This document shows positions 9,171 through 18,589 of a stretch of 64,000 nucleotides of DNA, in pieces (within the stretch, counting starts at the first letter, position 1; every line of letters starts with the position of its first letter). The notes under the pieces are model-generated. The model saw only the letters and a program-made list of their open reading frames with translations, had not been told where the DNA came from and did not search any database. The translations under genes and the position numbers were made by a program. Origin of the DNA: an uncultured Bacteroidales bacterium (GTDB lineage: Bacteria; Bacteroidota; Bacteroidia; Bacteroidales; CAIWKO01); assembly GCA_964599365.1 (NCBI GenBank), contig CAZRFL010000012.1:2241-66240 (forward strand), in the 5' to 3' direction.

Positions 9171-9935
9171 ATGAACTTCTACAGCCAACTACATCAACTC
9201 ATACTCGAAAATCGTGCAGCCGTGCTCTGCATCATCACACACACCAGCGGGTCTTCGCCACGCAAGGCAGGCTCCAAAATGATAGTCTTCCCCGACCGCA
9301 AAATAATAGGAACCATAGGCGGAGGCGGTATAGAATTTCAGGCCATCACTGATGCTTTGGAAGTTCTGCAGTCGGGTATTCCCCTGAAAAAGGAATATAA
9401 CCTCGAAGACGATCTGGGTATGCATTGTGGTGGCAAAGTTGAAGTTTATTTCGAACCCATTCGCAACCTCATCGATCTTTATATTTTTGGTGCCGGACAT
9501 ATTGGTCGTGTGGTAGCCCGTTATGCCCTTGAGTTTGGATTCCGGGTCACTCTTTTCGACGAAAGGGAAACCATTTTCAATGAATTCGATGCTTCGCCTT
9601 ATCGCTGCGTCACAGAAGACTACTTCTCAGCCATCGAAAAAGCGGAATTCACCGACAGCACTTTTTCTGTGATCGTCACACCGCAGCATGCCTACGATGA
9701 AAGTATAGTGACGCAACTGGGTAAAAAACCATTCGCTTATGTGGGAATGATAGGCAGCAAAAGAAAAGTGGCCGAAGTAAAGAAGAATCTCTTGGAAAAA
9801 CATGGTTTTTCAGAGGAAGAAATCAGCCGTCTGGATATGCCCATAGGCATTAAGTTCAACGCTGAAACCCCTGAAGAGATAGCCGTAAGCATTTTGGCCA
9901 AACTGATTGATGTGAAAAACTCTCTAAACAAATAG
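9171..9935 (+). CDS. xdhC: XdhC/CoxI-family molybdenum-cofactor insertion chaperone
   Basis: N-terminal XdhC_CoxI-like segment (VLCIITHTSGSSPRKAGSKMIV...IGTIGGGGIE) and a Rossmann-like LYIFGAGHIGRVVA segment. The gene directly abuts xdhA. Confidence 0.8.
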   Translation: MNFYSQLHQLILENRAAVLCIITHTSGSSPRKAGSKMIVFPDRKIIGTIGGGGIEFQAITDALEVLQSGIPLKKEYNLEDDLGMHCGGKVEVYFEPIRNLIDLYIFGAGHIGRVVARYALEFGFRVTLFDERETIFNEFDASPYRCVTEDYFSAIEKAEFTDSTFSVIVTPQHAYDESIVTQLGKKPFAYVGMIGSKRKVAEVKKNLLEKHGFSEEEISRLDMPIGIKFNAETPEEIAVSILAKLIDVKNSLNK

Positions 9936-9936
9936 T

Positions 9937-11376
9937 ATGAACCGGATCAGCTTTGTGTTTGATGGCAAAATAGTCGAAATCGATTTCGTAACTTCAGGCT
10001 ATGCCCCGACCACCAGTGTATTGAAATACCTTCGTTCTCTCAGCGGATTCAAAGGAGTGAAAGAAGGTTGCGGCGAAGGCGATTGCGGAGCCTGCACCGT
10101 GGTGATTGCCGATATAGAAGGGAAGAAACTCAGATATCGTGCGGTGGATTCCTGCCTGGTATTCCTGCCCATGCTTCATGGCAAGCAATTGATAACAGTG
10201 GAGAATCTTGTAAGTTCTAATGGTGAATTGCATCCCGTGCAACATGCCATGGTCGAAGCCTATGCTTCCCAATGTGGCTATTGTACGCCCGGTTTCGTGA
10301 TGTCGCTGTTTGCCTTATACAAAAGCCCGGTTAAAGCAACCAAAGAGGTGATACTCGATGCCATTACCGGAAATCTTTGCCGATGTACCGGCTATACACC
10401 CATCATCGAAGCTGCGGAGAAAATCTGTAAGAATAAGAAAGCCGATCAGTTTACTAAAAACGAAGCCCAAACCATAGCTTTGTTGAAACAGATTGATTTG
10501 AAAACCACCATCAACATACTGACCAAAACCCAACAATATTATAAGCCCTTCACACTGGACGAAACGCTTGCAATAAGAAGCAAGCATCCTCACGCCTTAA
10601 TAGTTTCCGGCAATACCGACAACGGCCTCAGGGTAAGTAAAAAACACGAACTGCTTACTCAGATCATCGACATTTCGGATGTGAAGGAATTGAAATTCAT
10701 TACAGAAACCCTGGAAAGTGTTTCTGTGGGAGCCGGAACAACTATAGAAGAACTCAAGGAAGCTACCAAAGAAATGTTTCCCGCCCTTTATGAAATGTAT
10801 TCCGTTTTCGGTTCCAAGCAAATCAGGAGTTTGGCAACCATTGGTGGAAACCTGGGATCTGCCTCACCCATTGGCGATTCCCTGCCGGTACTTATGGCAT
10901 ACAATGCAGTGGTAGTAGTTCGCAGTCTGACAGATTCGCGTATCATCAATCTCAAAGATTTTATCAAATCCTATCATACCCCCGACCTTCATAAAGATGA
11001 GATCATTTACATGATAGGCATCCCCATCCCCGATGAAAGTCGCATCATTCGTTCCTACAAGATATCCAAACGTAAGGATATGGATATTTCTACCTGTAGT
11101 GCCGGCTTTATGCTGGAAAAAGACGAAAAAACCGGAAAGGTAAAGGATATCATTCTCGCCTACGGTGGCATGGCTGCCATCACCAAAAGAGCCGAAAAGG
11201 CTGAGAAGTTCCTCATAGGAAAGTCCTGGACCCTGCCCAACATCGAAAAAGCCTCCGAAATGGTCTTTAACGAATTCACGCCTCTTTCCGATGCCCGTTC
11301 TGGAGAAGAATTCCGCCGCATTGCTGCTCGCAATCTCTTACTGAAATTTTATCACGAAACAGCAGGAGGAAAATAA
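9937..11376 (+). CDS. xdhA: xanthine dehydrogenase small subunit (2x[2Fe-2S] + FAD-binding domain)
   Basis: GCGEGDCGACTV, QCGYCTPGFVMS and NLCRCTGY cluster motifs, followed by an FAD-binding-5-like region (SGNTDNGLRVSKK). Confidence 0.85.
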   Translation: MNRISFVFDGKIVEIDFVTSGYAPTTSVLKYLRSLSGFKGVKEGCGEGDCGACTVVIADIEGKKLRYRAVDSCLVFLPMLHGKQLITVENLVSSNGELHPVQHAMVEAYASQCGYCTPGFVMSLFALYKSPVKATKEVILDAITGNLCRCTGYTPIIEAAEKICKNKKADQFTKNEAQTIALLKQIDLKTTINILTKTQQYYKPFTLDETLAIRSKHPHALIVSGNTDNGLRVSKKHELLTQIIDISDVKELKFITETLESVSVGAGTTIEELKEATKEMFPALYEMYSVFGSKQIRSLATIGGNLGSASPIGDSLPVLMAYNAVVVVRSLTDSRIINLKDFIKSYHTPDLHKDEIIYMIGIPIPDESRIIRSYKISKRKDMDISTCSAGFMLEKDEKTGKVKDIILAYGGMAAITKRAEKAEKFLIGKSWTLPNIEKASEMVFNEFTPLSDARSGEEFRRIAARNLLLKFYHETAGGK

Positions 11377-13701
11377 ATGAAAACCGCAAAGAACAAATAT
11401 CTGCATCACGAATCCGCCGAAAAGCATGTCACCGGCAAGGCTGTTTACATAAACGATATGGCCGTGAGCGACAAAATGCTTTACGGAAAAGTGGTTTACA
11501 GTAGCGAACCTCATGCTAAGATCGTATCCTGCGAGTTCGAAAAAGCCAAAGCGCTGAAAGGCGTTCATGCCATTCTTACTTATAAAGACATTCCCGGACA
11601 GAATCAAATGGGGCCGGTTTTTCACGACGAGTCTTGTCTGGCTGTCGATGAAGTAAATTGTCTGGGTCAACCCATATTGCTGATAGCCGCCGAAAACGAA
11701 GCCATAGCGCTGGAAGCGGAAAAACTCATTAAGATCACTTACAAGCCCCTGCCGGCCATTCTCGATATAGCATCGGCCATTAAAAAAGATAGTAAAATAG
11801 CACCCACCCGCAAGATCGAAAGGGGAGATGTCGCGACTGCTTTTGCCAAAGCCAAACACATTCTCATAGGAGAATTGCATACCGGTGCCCAGGAGCATTG
11901 GTATCTCGAACCTCAGACCGCCCTTTGTGTACCCGGTGAAGATAAGGAAATGATGGTATATGCCTCCAGCCAAAACCCAGCCGAAACCCAGGCCATAGTG
12001 GCCGAAGTATTGGGAGTTCAGGCCAAGGATGTGGTTTGCGAAGTGAAACGCATGGGGGGTGGTTTCGGAGGTAAAGAAACCCAGGGCAATCATGTGGCTG
12101 CCTGGGCCGCTTTGCTGGCCAACAAGACCCGTCTTCCGGTTCTCTTCCATTTGTTCCGCGACGACGACCAGAAGATCACCGGCAAACGCCATCCCTTTTT
12201 CTCAACTTATAAGATAGCTTTCGACGATAAAGGTGTCATTACAGCCTACGAGATAGACCTGAATGCCGATGCCGGTCACGCCGCCGACCTGAGCATGGCC
12301 ATTTTGGAGCGTTCCATGCTGCATGCTGAGAATTCCTATTTTATCCCCAATATTAAAATCACGGCTACCGCCTGGCGCACCAATCATTTCTCCAATACCG
12401 CTTTTCGTGGTTTCGGTGGGCCTCAGGGCATAGCTGTCATCGAGCATGCCATCGACCGCATCGCACGTTTTCTGAAAAAAGATGCCACGGACATTCGCAA
12501 AAAGAACTTCTACCATGAGGGAAAAAATATCATTACCCCTTATGGACAAAAGCTGGAGAACATTCGCCTGCATACCATTTTTGATCAGTTGTTCATAAGA
12601 TCCGATTATGCCAAACGGAAAAAGGCCGTGGATGATTTCAACAAAAAGAATCCCCTTCAAAAGAAAGGCATTGCCCTGACTCCGGTCAAGTTCGGTATTT
12701 CTTTTACTACTGCCTTTCTCAATCAGGCGGGTGCTCTGGTCAATATTTATAAAGACGGCACCATGCTCGTCAATCATGGCGGCACCGAAATGGGGCAGGG
12801 GCTTAATACCAAAATGCTTCAGATCGCATCAGCCGAATCGGGTATTTCCCCCGAAAGTATCACCGTGAATGCCACCAACACTTCCAAGGTGCCCAACACT
12901 TCGGCCACGGCGGCTTCCAGCGGAACCGATCTCAATGGCATGGCAGTGAAAGATGCTATCGACAAGTTAAAAGTAAGAATGATTCCCATGGCTGTGGTTA
13001 TGCTGTCGACGAAATCAGAAAATACAAAGTGCCATTTTCATCACATCACCTTTGCCAATGATAAAGTTTTTGATTCCGAATGGCCCGATTGTTTTATCAC
13101 CATAAAGGAATTGATCGAAAAGGCTTATCTGGCCCAGATCAGTTTGAGTGCCACCGGCTTTTATAAAACTCCCGATATTTTCTTCAACCGCGACACCGGC
13201 ACAGGCAAGCCTTTCCACTATTTCGCCTACGGCATGGCTGTGGCTGAAGTACTCATCGATATCCTCACGGGAGCACACAAACTCCATCAGGTCGACATAT
13301 TGCACGATGTGGGCGAAAGCCTCAACCGCCCCATTGATATGGGACAGGTGACAGGAGCTTTTATACAGGGCCTGGGTTGGGTAACCACCGAGGAGATCAA
13401 ATGGGACGACAAAGGCCGCCTGCTCACCTATTCGCCCGACACTTATAAGATACCTTCAGCACAGGATATTCCCGCCATCTTTAATATCGATCTGCTGGAA
13501 GATGCCGCCAACTACAACACCATTCGTCAGTCCAAAGCCGTGGGCGAGCCGCCTTTTATGCTGGCTTTCTCGGTATGGATGGCCCTTCGCTATGCTGTTT
13601 CCGCCGTCGGAGATCATAAAACCGATCCCGACCTTCCCATTCCGGCCACCAACGAGAAGATATTGCTGGCGGTGGAGAAGTTGAGGAAAGGTGACAGGTA
13701 G
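11377..13701 (+). CDS. xdhB: xanthine dehydrogenase molybdopterin-binding subunit
   Basis: 774 aa with MGGGFGGKETQ, FRGFGGPQG and KAVGEPPF motifs. Its start codon directly follows the xdhA stop. Confidence 0.9.
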   Translation: MKTAKNKYLHHESAEKHVTGKAVYINDMAVSDKMLYGKVVYSSEPHAKIVSCEFEKAKALKGVHAILTYKDIPGQNQMGPVFHDESCLAVDEVNCLGQPILLIAAENEAIALEAEKLIKITYKPLPAILDIASAIKKDSKIAPTRKIERGDVATAFAKAKHILIGELHTGAQEHWYLEPQTALCVPGEDKEMMVYASSQNPAETQAIVAEVLGVQAKDVVCEVKRMGGGFGGKETQGNHVAAWAALLANKTRLPVLFHLFRDDDQKITGKRHPFFSTYKIAFDDKGVITAYEIDLNADAGHAADLSMAILERSMLHAENSYFIPNIKITATAWRTNHFSNTAFRGFGGPQGIAVIEHAIDRIARFLKKDATDIRKKNFYHEGKNIITPYGQKLENIRLHTIFDQLFIRSDYAKRKKAVDDFNKKNPLQKKGIALTPVKFGISFTTAFLNQAGALVNIYKDGTMLVNHGGTEMGQGLNTKMLQIASAESGISPESITVNATNTSKVPNTSATAASSGTDLNGMAVKDAIDKLKVRMIPMAVVMLSTKSENTKCHFHHITFANDKVFDSEWPDCFITIKELIEKAYLAQISLSATGFYKTPDIFFNRDTGTGKPFHYFAYGMAVAEVLIDILTGAHKLHQVDILHDVGESLNRPIDMGQVTGAFIQGLGWVTTEEIKWDDKGRLLTYSPDTYKIPSAQDIPAIFNIDLLEDAANYNTIRQSKAVGEPPFMLAFSVWMALRYAVSAVGDHKTDPDLPIPATNEKILLAVEKLRKGDR

Positions 13702-13950
13702 GTAGAAGATGAAAACTGGTATAAAACCGGAAGATATAAATTTTTAATTACAATCAATGAGGTTCAATTTGCAAACGAAATAACAAATTGCAAATGATAA
13801 ATGACAAATAAATTACAAAACAATTAAAATTCTCCCATAAGGATGCCTTTGGCAAAATATCAAAACTCGGGATTAATCATGTTTTGAAAATTGTTTTTTT
13901 GATAAGTGAATATTATTTGTTTTTTGCCTTTTGTATTTTGGTGCTTCAAC

Positions 13951-14030
13951 AACAAATGACCATGAATAACTACTAATGACAATGAATGACCACTAATGAC
14001 AATGAATGACCACTAATGACTTTTAACTGA
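13951..14030. repeat. intergenic AATGAC word-stutter tract with a perfect 20-bp tandem duplication
   Basis: AATGAATGACCACTAATGAC occurs at 13981-14000 and again at 14001-14020. It uses the same word family as 9015-9133. Confidence 0.8.
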
Positions 14031-14073
14031 CCCTCTAATCAATAACACTTTCCTTATTCTTCTAAAAAAACAC

Positions 14074-14081
14074 TACCTTTG
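14074..14081 (+). promoter_or_regulatory. -7 box TAnnTTTG
   Basis: TACCTTTG lies 48 nt upstream of the DUF4290 ATG. Confidence 0.45.
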
Positions 14082-14128
14082 CACACCATCTCCTGCAGAT
14101 ATTACATTTAAAAATCAACTTCATTTCC

Positions 14129-14827
14129 ATGGAATACAACACCCAGCGTCCTTTGCTCACCATATCCGAATACGGCCGTAACATTCATAAGATGATCGAA
14201 TTTGCCATGACCATCGAAGATCGCGACCGCCGCAACCGCGCTGCACAGACCATAGTTTCTATCATGGCGCAGCTCAACAATCCGCAGCGTCTCGATACCT
14301 CCGAATTCAAACAAAAGATGTGGGATCATTTGTTTATGATCTCCGGCTACCAACTCGATGTCGATTCGCCTTATCCAAGGCCCAATCCCGATGTCAAGGA
14401 ACTTGAGAAATTCAAATGTGCTTACCCCAACAAATACATCAAATACCGTCAATACGGCAAAAACGTCGAGAACATGATTCAAAAGGCCATCGATTATCCC
14501 GAGGGCGACGAAAAAGAGGCTTTGATACGTTATATTGCCAACCATCTCAAGAAACTCTACCTGAGCTGGAACCGCGAATCGGTCACCGACGAGGTCATCT
14601 TCGAGCATCTCAGCAACCTCTCGCAGGGGCAAATCAAACTCGACGAAAACACCCGCCTCGAACATTCCAGCAGCCTCATAGCCCTCAACAAAAGCAAGAA
14701 ATCCGACGTCAGCAAACCCGAAAGCAACAAAAACGGAAAATACCGCGACAACAACTGGAAAAAACGCAACCCCATCAATTCCGGCAAAAGCAATTACAAC
14801 AAAGGCAATGGGAACGGGAATAATTAG
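14129..14827 (+). CDS. DUF4290 domain-containing protein with K/N/G-rich tail
   Basis: MEYNTQRPLLTISEYGRNIHKMIEF...RDRRNRAAQTIV is the DUF4290 pattern. This family normally sits directly upstream of murA in Bacteroidota. Confidence 0.75.
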   Translation: MEYNTQRPLLTISEYGRNIHKMIEFAMTIEDRDRRNRAAQTIVSIMAQLNNPQRLDTSEFKQKMWDHLFMISGYQLDVDSPYPRPNPDVKELEKFKCAYPNKYIKYRQYGKNVENMIQKAIDYPEGDEKEALIRYIANHLKKLYLSWNRESVTDEVIFEHLSNLSQGQIKLDENTRLEHSSSLIALNKSKKSDVSKPESNKNGKYRDNNWKKRNPINSGKSNYNKGNGNGNN

Positions 14828-14936
14828 ACTCCCATTTTTTCTTTCTTCTTAAATATTTGGGCGCATCCCCCTATGGGGGTCGGGCTGTCCGCTCATAGTC
14901 CTCAGGCCGCCTTCCTGCCGTTTTGCAAACATTCTG

Positions 14937-14962
14937 TAGAGACGCAATGCAATGCGTCTCTA
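14937..14962. repeat. REP-like GC hairpin
   Basis: TAGAGACGCA-atgcaa-TGCGTCTCTA gives a 10-bp perfect stem and is preceded by TG. Confidence 0.7.
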
Positions 14963-15107
14963 ATCAATCCCGGTTGGCGTCCTTCCGGGCTATCCACTTC
15001 CATCCCTTGCGCTGGGGGCAAACAACCTTACTCTTCATAAACTGCACATTGCCCATCTATCCCTTTGCCCATCCGATAGGGTAGCAAAGGCATATATGCC
15101 GGAAAGA

Positions 15108-15330
15108 CAGGGGGATATTCTCTTATTAACCGTGGGTGAACTCCAACTAACCAGGGGTTTTCTCTTACTAACCGGGGGTGAATTCAAATTAACCGGGGGT
15201 TTTCTCTTACTAACCGGGGGTTTTCTCTTACTAACCGGGGGTGATTGAAAAAAAACGGGGGTGAATCAAAAAAAACGGGGGTGGATTAAAAAAAACGGGG
15301 GTGAACTAAAAAAAATGGGGGTGAACCTCC
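15108..15330. repeat. tandem array of 12 phased G5 tracts (21-bp then 20-bp period)
   Basis: G-runs occur at about 15110, 15132, 15153, 15174, 15195, 15216, 15237, 15257, 15277, 15297 and 15317. Units are TAACCGGGGGTTTTCTCTTAC (identical at 15190-15210 and 15211-15231) and AAACGGGGGTGAAyyAAAAA. Confidence 0.9.
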
Positions 15331-15656
15331 ATTCATCAAATGTTTTTTTTTCGCAATTGCACATTTCACAACCTAATCCGTAGTACGGCTCCGGGCCCTG
15401 CTACAGCTAAAAACCAACTCCTTAAAAATTAATTTCGCTCAACTGGGACTGTTTAAAAAACTTCGTTATTCATTATTCGATATTTCTTCCAATCTTTTCT
15501 CCGTGTATCTTCGTGTACTCAGTGTCTCCGTGGTTCCTTTTATTTATTCACTTTAGGCACTTCCTCTCCTCATATCCCTGTTAATAAATTTTCCCCCGCG
15601 TCCGAACAAATGAATCGCGAATCATGTACTTTAGTACTTTATTAATACGTAAGAGC

Positions 15657-16961
15657 ATGAAAGTTTTCGAAATAACCGGCGGCAAGCCACTGAAAGGCGA
15701 AATTGTGCCTCAGGGCGCCAAAAACGAAGCCCTGCAGGTGATATCAGCTACGCTGTTGACCTCCGAAACGGTTACTATCAGCAATATTCCCGATATAAAA
15801 GATGTGAACAAACTGATAGAATTGCTGATGGATTTGGGGGTGAGCGTAAGCAAACTGTCGGCCGACACCTACAGTTTCAGGGCCGATAAGGTCAACATGG
15901 ATTACCTTGCCTCGAAACGCTTTCTGGAGCAAACCACCAGCCTGCGCGGCTCGGTGATGCTGATTGGCCCTCTGTTGGCTCGTTTCGGCAAGGCTTTTAT
16001 GCCCAAACCCGGTGGCGATAAGATAGGCCGCCGCAGGCTGGATACTCATATTATAGGCTTCCAGAACCTGGGGGCGAAGTTCGAATACGACTACAAAAGC
16101 AATGTCTACACCATTTTTGCCGACAAACTACAAGGCTGCGAAATGCTGCTGGAAGAAGCTTCTGTGACGGGTACCGCCAACATTATTATGGCGGCTGTTT
16201 TTGCCCGGGGCACTACCACCATATTTAATGCTGCCTGCGAGCCCTATATAGTGCAGCTTTGCAAAATGCTCAACCGTATGGGAGCCAAAATCAGTGGTGT
16301 TCGGTCTAATTTGCTCACTATCGAAGGAGTTACTTCCCTGCACGGATGTGAACACCGTTTGTTGCCCGATATGATAGAGATAGGCAGTTTTATCGGACTT
16401 GCCGCCATGACACGTTCGGACATTACTATAAAAGACGCCGGCTACGAACACCTGGGCATGATACCCGATGTGTTCAAACGACTGGGCATACAAATGGAAG
16501 TGATTGGCGACGACATTCACATTCCAGCACAGGACGAATACGAAATTGAGAATTATATAGACGGCTCCATACTAACCATTGCCGATGCTCCCTGGCCGGG
16601 TTTCACGCCTGACCTTATCTCTGTGGCACTGGTGGTGGCCACTCAGGCCAAAGGCAGTGTGTTGATCCACCAGAAGATGTTCGAAAGCCGTTTGTTCTTC
16701 GTCGACAAACTCATTGACATGGGCGCTAAGATTATTCTGTGCGATCCTCACCGCGCCACGGTGATTGGCCTCAACCGTCTGAACCCCCTGAGGGGTATCT
16801 CCATGACTTCGCCTGATATACGTGCCGGGGTGGCCCTGCTCATTGCCGCCCTATCGGCTGAAGGCAAAAGCACCATTCACAACATCGACCAAATTGATAG
16901 GGGATATCAGGATATTGATGGACGATTGAGGAAACTGGGGGCGGAGATTGTGCGGCGGTAG
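15657..16961 (+). CDS. murA: UDP-N-acetylglucosamine 1-carboxyvinyltransferase
   Basis: MKVFEITGGKPLKGEIVPQGAKNEAL..., PGGDKIGRRRLDTH and PWPGFTPDL motifs. I prefer the ATG at 15657 over the ORF-track start at 15624. Confidence 0.9.
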   Translation: MKVFEITGGKPLKGEIVPQGAKNEALQVISATLLTSETVTISNIPDIKDVNKLIELLMDLGVSVSKLSADTYSFRADKVNMDYLASKRFLEQTTSLRGSVMLIGPLLARFGKAFMPKPGGDKIGRRRLDTHIIGFQNLGAKFEYDYKSNVYTIFADKLQGCEMLLEEASVTGTANIIMAAVFARGTTTIFNAACEPYIVQLCKMLNRMGAKISGVRSNLLTIEGVTSLHGCEHRLLPDMIEIGSFIGLAAMTRSDITIKDAGYEHLGMIPDVFKRLGIQMEVIGDDIHIPAQDEYEIENYIDGSILTIADAPWPGFTPDLISVALVVATQAKGSVLIHQKMFESRLFFVDKLIDMGAKIILCDPHRATVIGLNRLNPLRGISMTSPDIRAGVALLIAALSAEGKSTIHNIDQIDRGYQDIDGRLRKLGAEIVRR

Positions 16962-16969
16962 TGCGGATA

Positions 16970-17045
16970 TTGTCATTAATAGTCATCTGCTTCGCGTCAT
17001 TGGTTGTCATTCATTGCCGACTGCCAATTGCAGATTGCCGATTTC
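16970..17045. repeat. intergenic word-stutter tract (GTCATT = reverse complement of AATGAC; TGCCGA words)
   Basis: tgtcattaatagtcat...gtcattggttgtcattcattgccgactgccaattgcagattgccgatt. The 14-mer CATTGCCGACTGCC recurs at 34106-34119. Confidence 0.75.
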
Positions 17046-17091
17046 TTTCTTTTTATTATTTATAATCTTTCTACATTAAGCGAAAATTGAG

Positions 17092-17099
17092 TAATTTTG
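17092..17099 (+). promoter_or_regulatory. -7 box TAnnTTTG
   Basis: TAATTTTG lies 27 nt upstream of the ATG at 17126. It sits inside the TTG-extended ORF, which argues for the shorter sufB start. Confidence 0.45.
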
Positions 17100-17125
17100 C
17101 TTATCATTTATTTTATAATTCCGAA

Positions 17126-18574
17126 ATGGAAGAAAATTCGAATCAATACCTGAACGAGCTCACCCAGAGCGAATATAAATACGGTTTCTTTACTGATGTT
17201 GAAATGGATTCAGCTCCCAAAGGGCTGAACGAAGATATCATTCGTTTTATCTCGAAAAAGAAGAACGAACCTGAATTTATGCTGGAATTCCGCCTGAAGG
17301 CTTATGCCAAATGGCTTACCATGAAAATGCCGGACTGGGCACATTTGAAGATACCACCTATTGACTTTCAGGATATCATTTATTATTCCGCACCCAAGAA
17401 TGTGAAAAAGTTAGGCAGTCTGGATGAGGTGGACCCTGAATTGTTGAAGACCTTTGAGAAACTAGGCATTCCTTTGAACGAACAGAAGATCATGTCGGGT
17501 GTGGCCGTGGATGCGGTAATCGATAGTGTTTCGGTGAAGACCACCTATCAGAAGGTGTTGGAGGAAAAAGGAATTATCTTTTGTTCTATTACTGAGGCCG
17601 TTCAGAATCATCCCGATCTGGTGAAGAAATATATGGGCTCGGTGGTTCCTTATGGCGATAATTATTATGCTGCCCTGAACTCCGCGGTATTTACCGACGG
17701 TTCCTTCTGCTATATACCCAAAGGCATACGTTGCCCAATAGAGTTGTCTACCTATTTCCGCATCAATGCAGCCAATACCGGTCAGTTCGAACGCACCCTG
17801 TTGATTGCCGATGAAGGCGCTTATGTTAGTTATATGGAAGGCTGCACCGCTCCCCAGCGCGACGAAAATCAGTTGCATGCGGCTGTTGTGGAAATCGTAG
17901 CTATGGAAGATGCCGAAGTGAAATATTCCACTGTTCAGAACTGGTATCCCGGCGATAAGAACGGTTTAGGCGGTATCTTTAATTTTGTAACTAAAAGGGG
18001 TATTTGCAAAGGCAATAATTCGAAGATATCATGGACACAGGTGGAAACAGGGTCGGCTATTACCTGGAAATATCCCAGTTGTATTCTGAAAGGCGATAAC
18101 TCGGTGGGTGAGTTCTATTCGGTGGCTGTTACCAATAATTTTCAGCAGGCCGATACGGGAAGCAAGATGATGCATTTAGGTAAAAATACCCGGAGTACGA
18201 TTATTTCGAAAGGAATATCCGCCGGTAAAAGCGACAACAGTTATCGCGGACTGGTCAGGGTGGCCAAAGGCGCTTCGAACTCGAGGAACTACTCACAGTG
18301 CGATTCATTGCTGATGGGCAGTAATTGCGGGGCACATACCTATCCGCATATTAAAGTGGAGAACAAATCATCCATTGTAGAGCACGAAGCCACCACTTCC
18401 AAGATATCCGACGACCAACTCTTCTATTGCAAGCAGCGCGGTATCGACCAGGAAAGTGCCATCAATCTTATTGTAAATGGCTATGCCAAAGAGGTGCTGA
18501 ACAAGCTTCCTATGGAGTTTGCCGTGGAAGCTCAGAAACTACTTTCTATCAGTCTCGAAGGCAGCGTGGGTTGA
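17126..18574 (+). CDS. sufB: Fe-S cluster assembly scaffold protein SufB
   Basis: The full-length SufB pattern is present ([52 protein letters not shown]). The start is chosen at the ATG at 17126. Confidence 0.9.
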   Translation: MEENSNQYLNELTQSEYKYGFFTDVEMDSAPKGLNEDIIRFISKKKNEPEFMLEFRLKAYAKWLTMKMPDWAHLKIPPIDFQDIIYYSAPKNVKKLGSLDEVDPELLKTFEKLGIPLNEQKIMSGVAVDAVIDSVSVKTTYQKVLEEKGIIFCSITEAVQNHPDLVKKYMGSVVPYGDNYYAALNSAVFTDGSFCYIPKGIRCPIELSTYFRINAANTGQFERTLLIADEGAYVSYMEGCTAPQRDENQLHAAVVEIVAMEDAEVKYSTVQNWYPGDKNGLGGIFNFVTKRGICKGNNSKISWTQVETGSAITWKYPSCILKGDNSVGEFYSVAVTNNFQQADTGSKMMHLGKNTRSTIISKGISAGKSDNSYRGLVRVAKGASNSRNYSQCDSLLMGSNCGAHTYPHIKVENKSSIVEHEATTSKISDDQLFYCKQRGIDQESAINLIVNGYAKEVLNKLPMEFAVEAQKLLSISLEGSVG

Positions 18575-18589
18575 TCCGAAGGTAAGCCT

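Noticed and set aside
11338-12192. Long antisense or alternative-frame ORFs: 11338-12192, 12202-12777, 14108-14665, 24466-25404, 25405-26232, 28144-29316, 35611-36276, 37753-38451, 41950-43107, 43855-44457
   Set aside because: Each lies wholly inside a gene with clear family motifs on the other strand or in another frame. Their translations are low-complexity (rich in R, G, H and Q) with no recognisable domains, which is typical of shadow ORFs.
14416-14823. 135-aa alternative-frame ORF rich in R and Q, overlapping the DUF4290 tail
   Set aside because: It lies in the +1 frame of a well-supported gene and is an artefact of the low-complexity A/C-rich tail region.
15108-15330. G-quadruplex-forming array
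   Set aside because: The G5 runs are separated by 15-16 nt, which is longer than the loops of stable canonical intramolecular quadruplexes. I cannot exclude it, but it is not supported by sequence alone.
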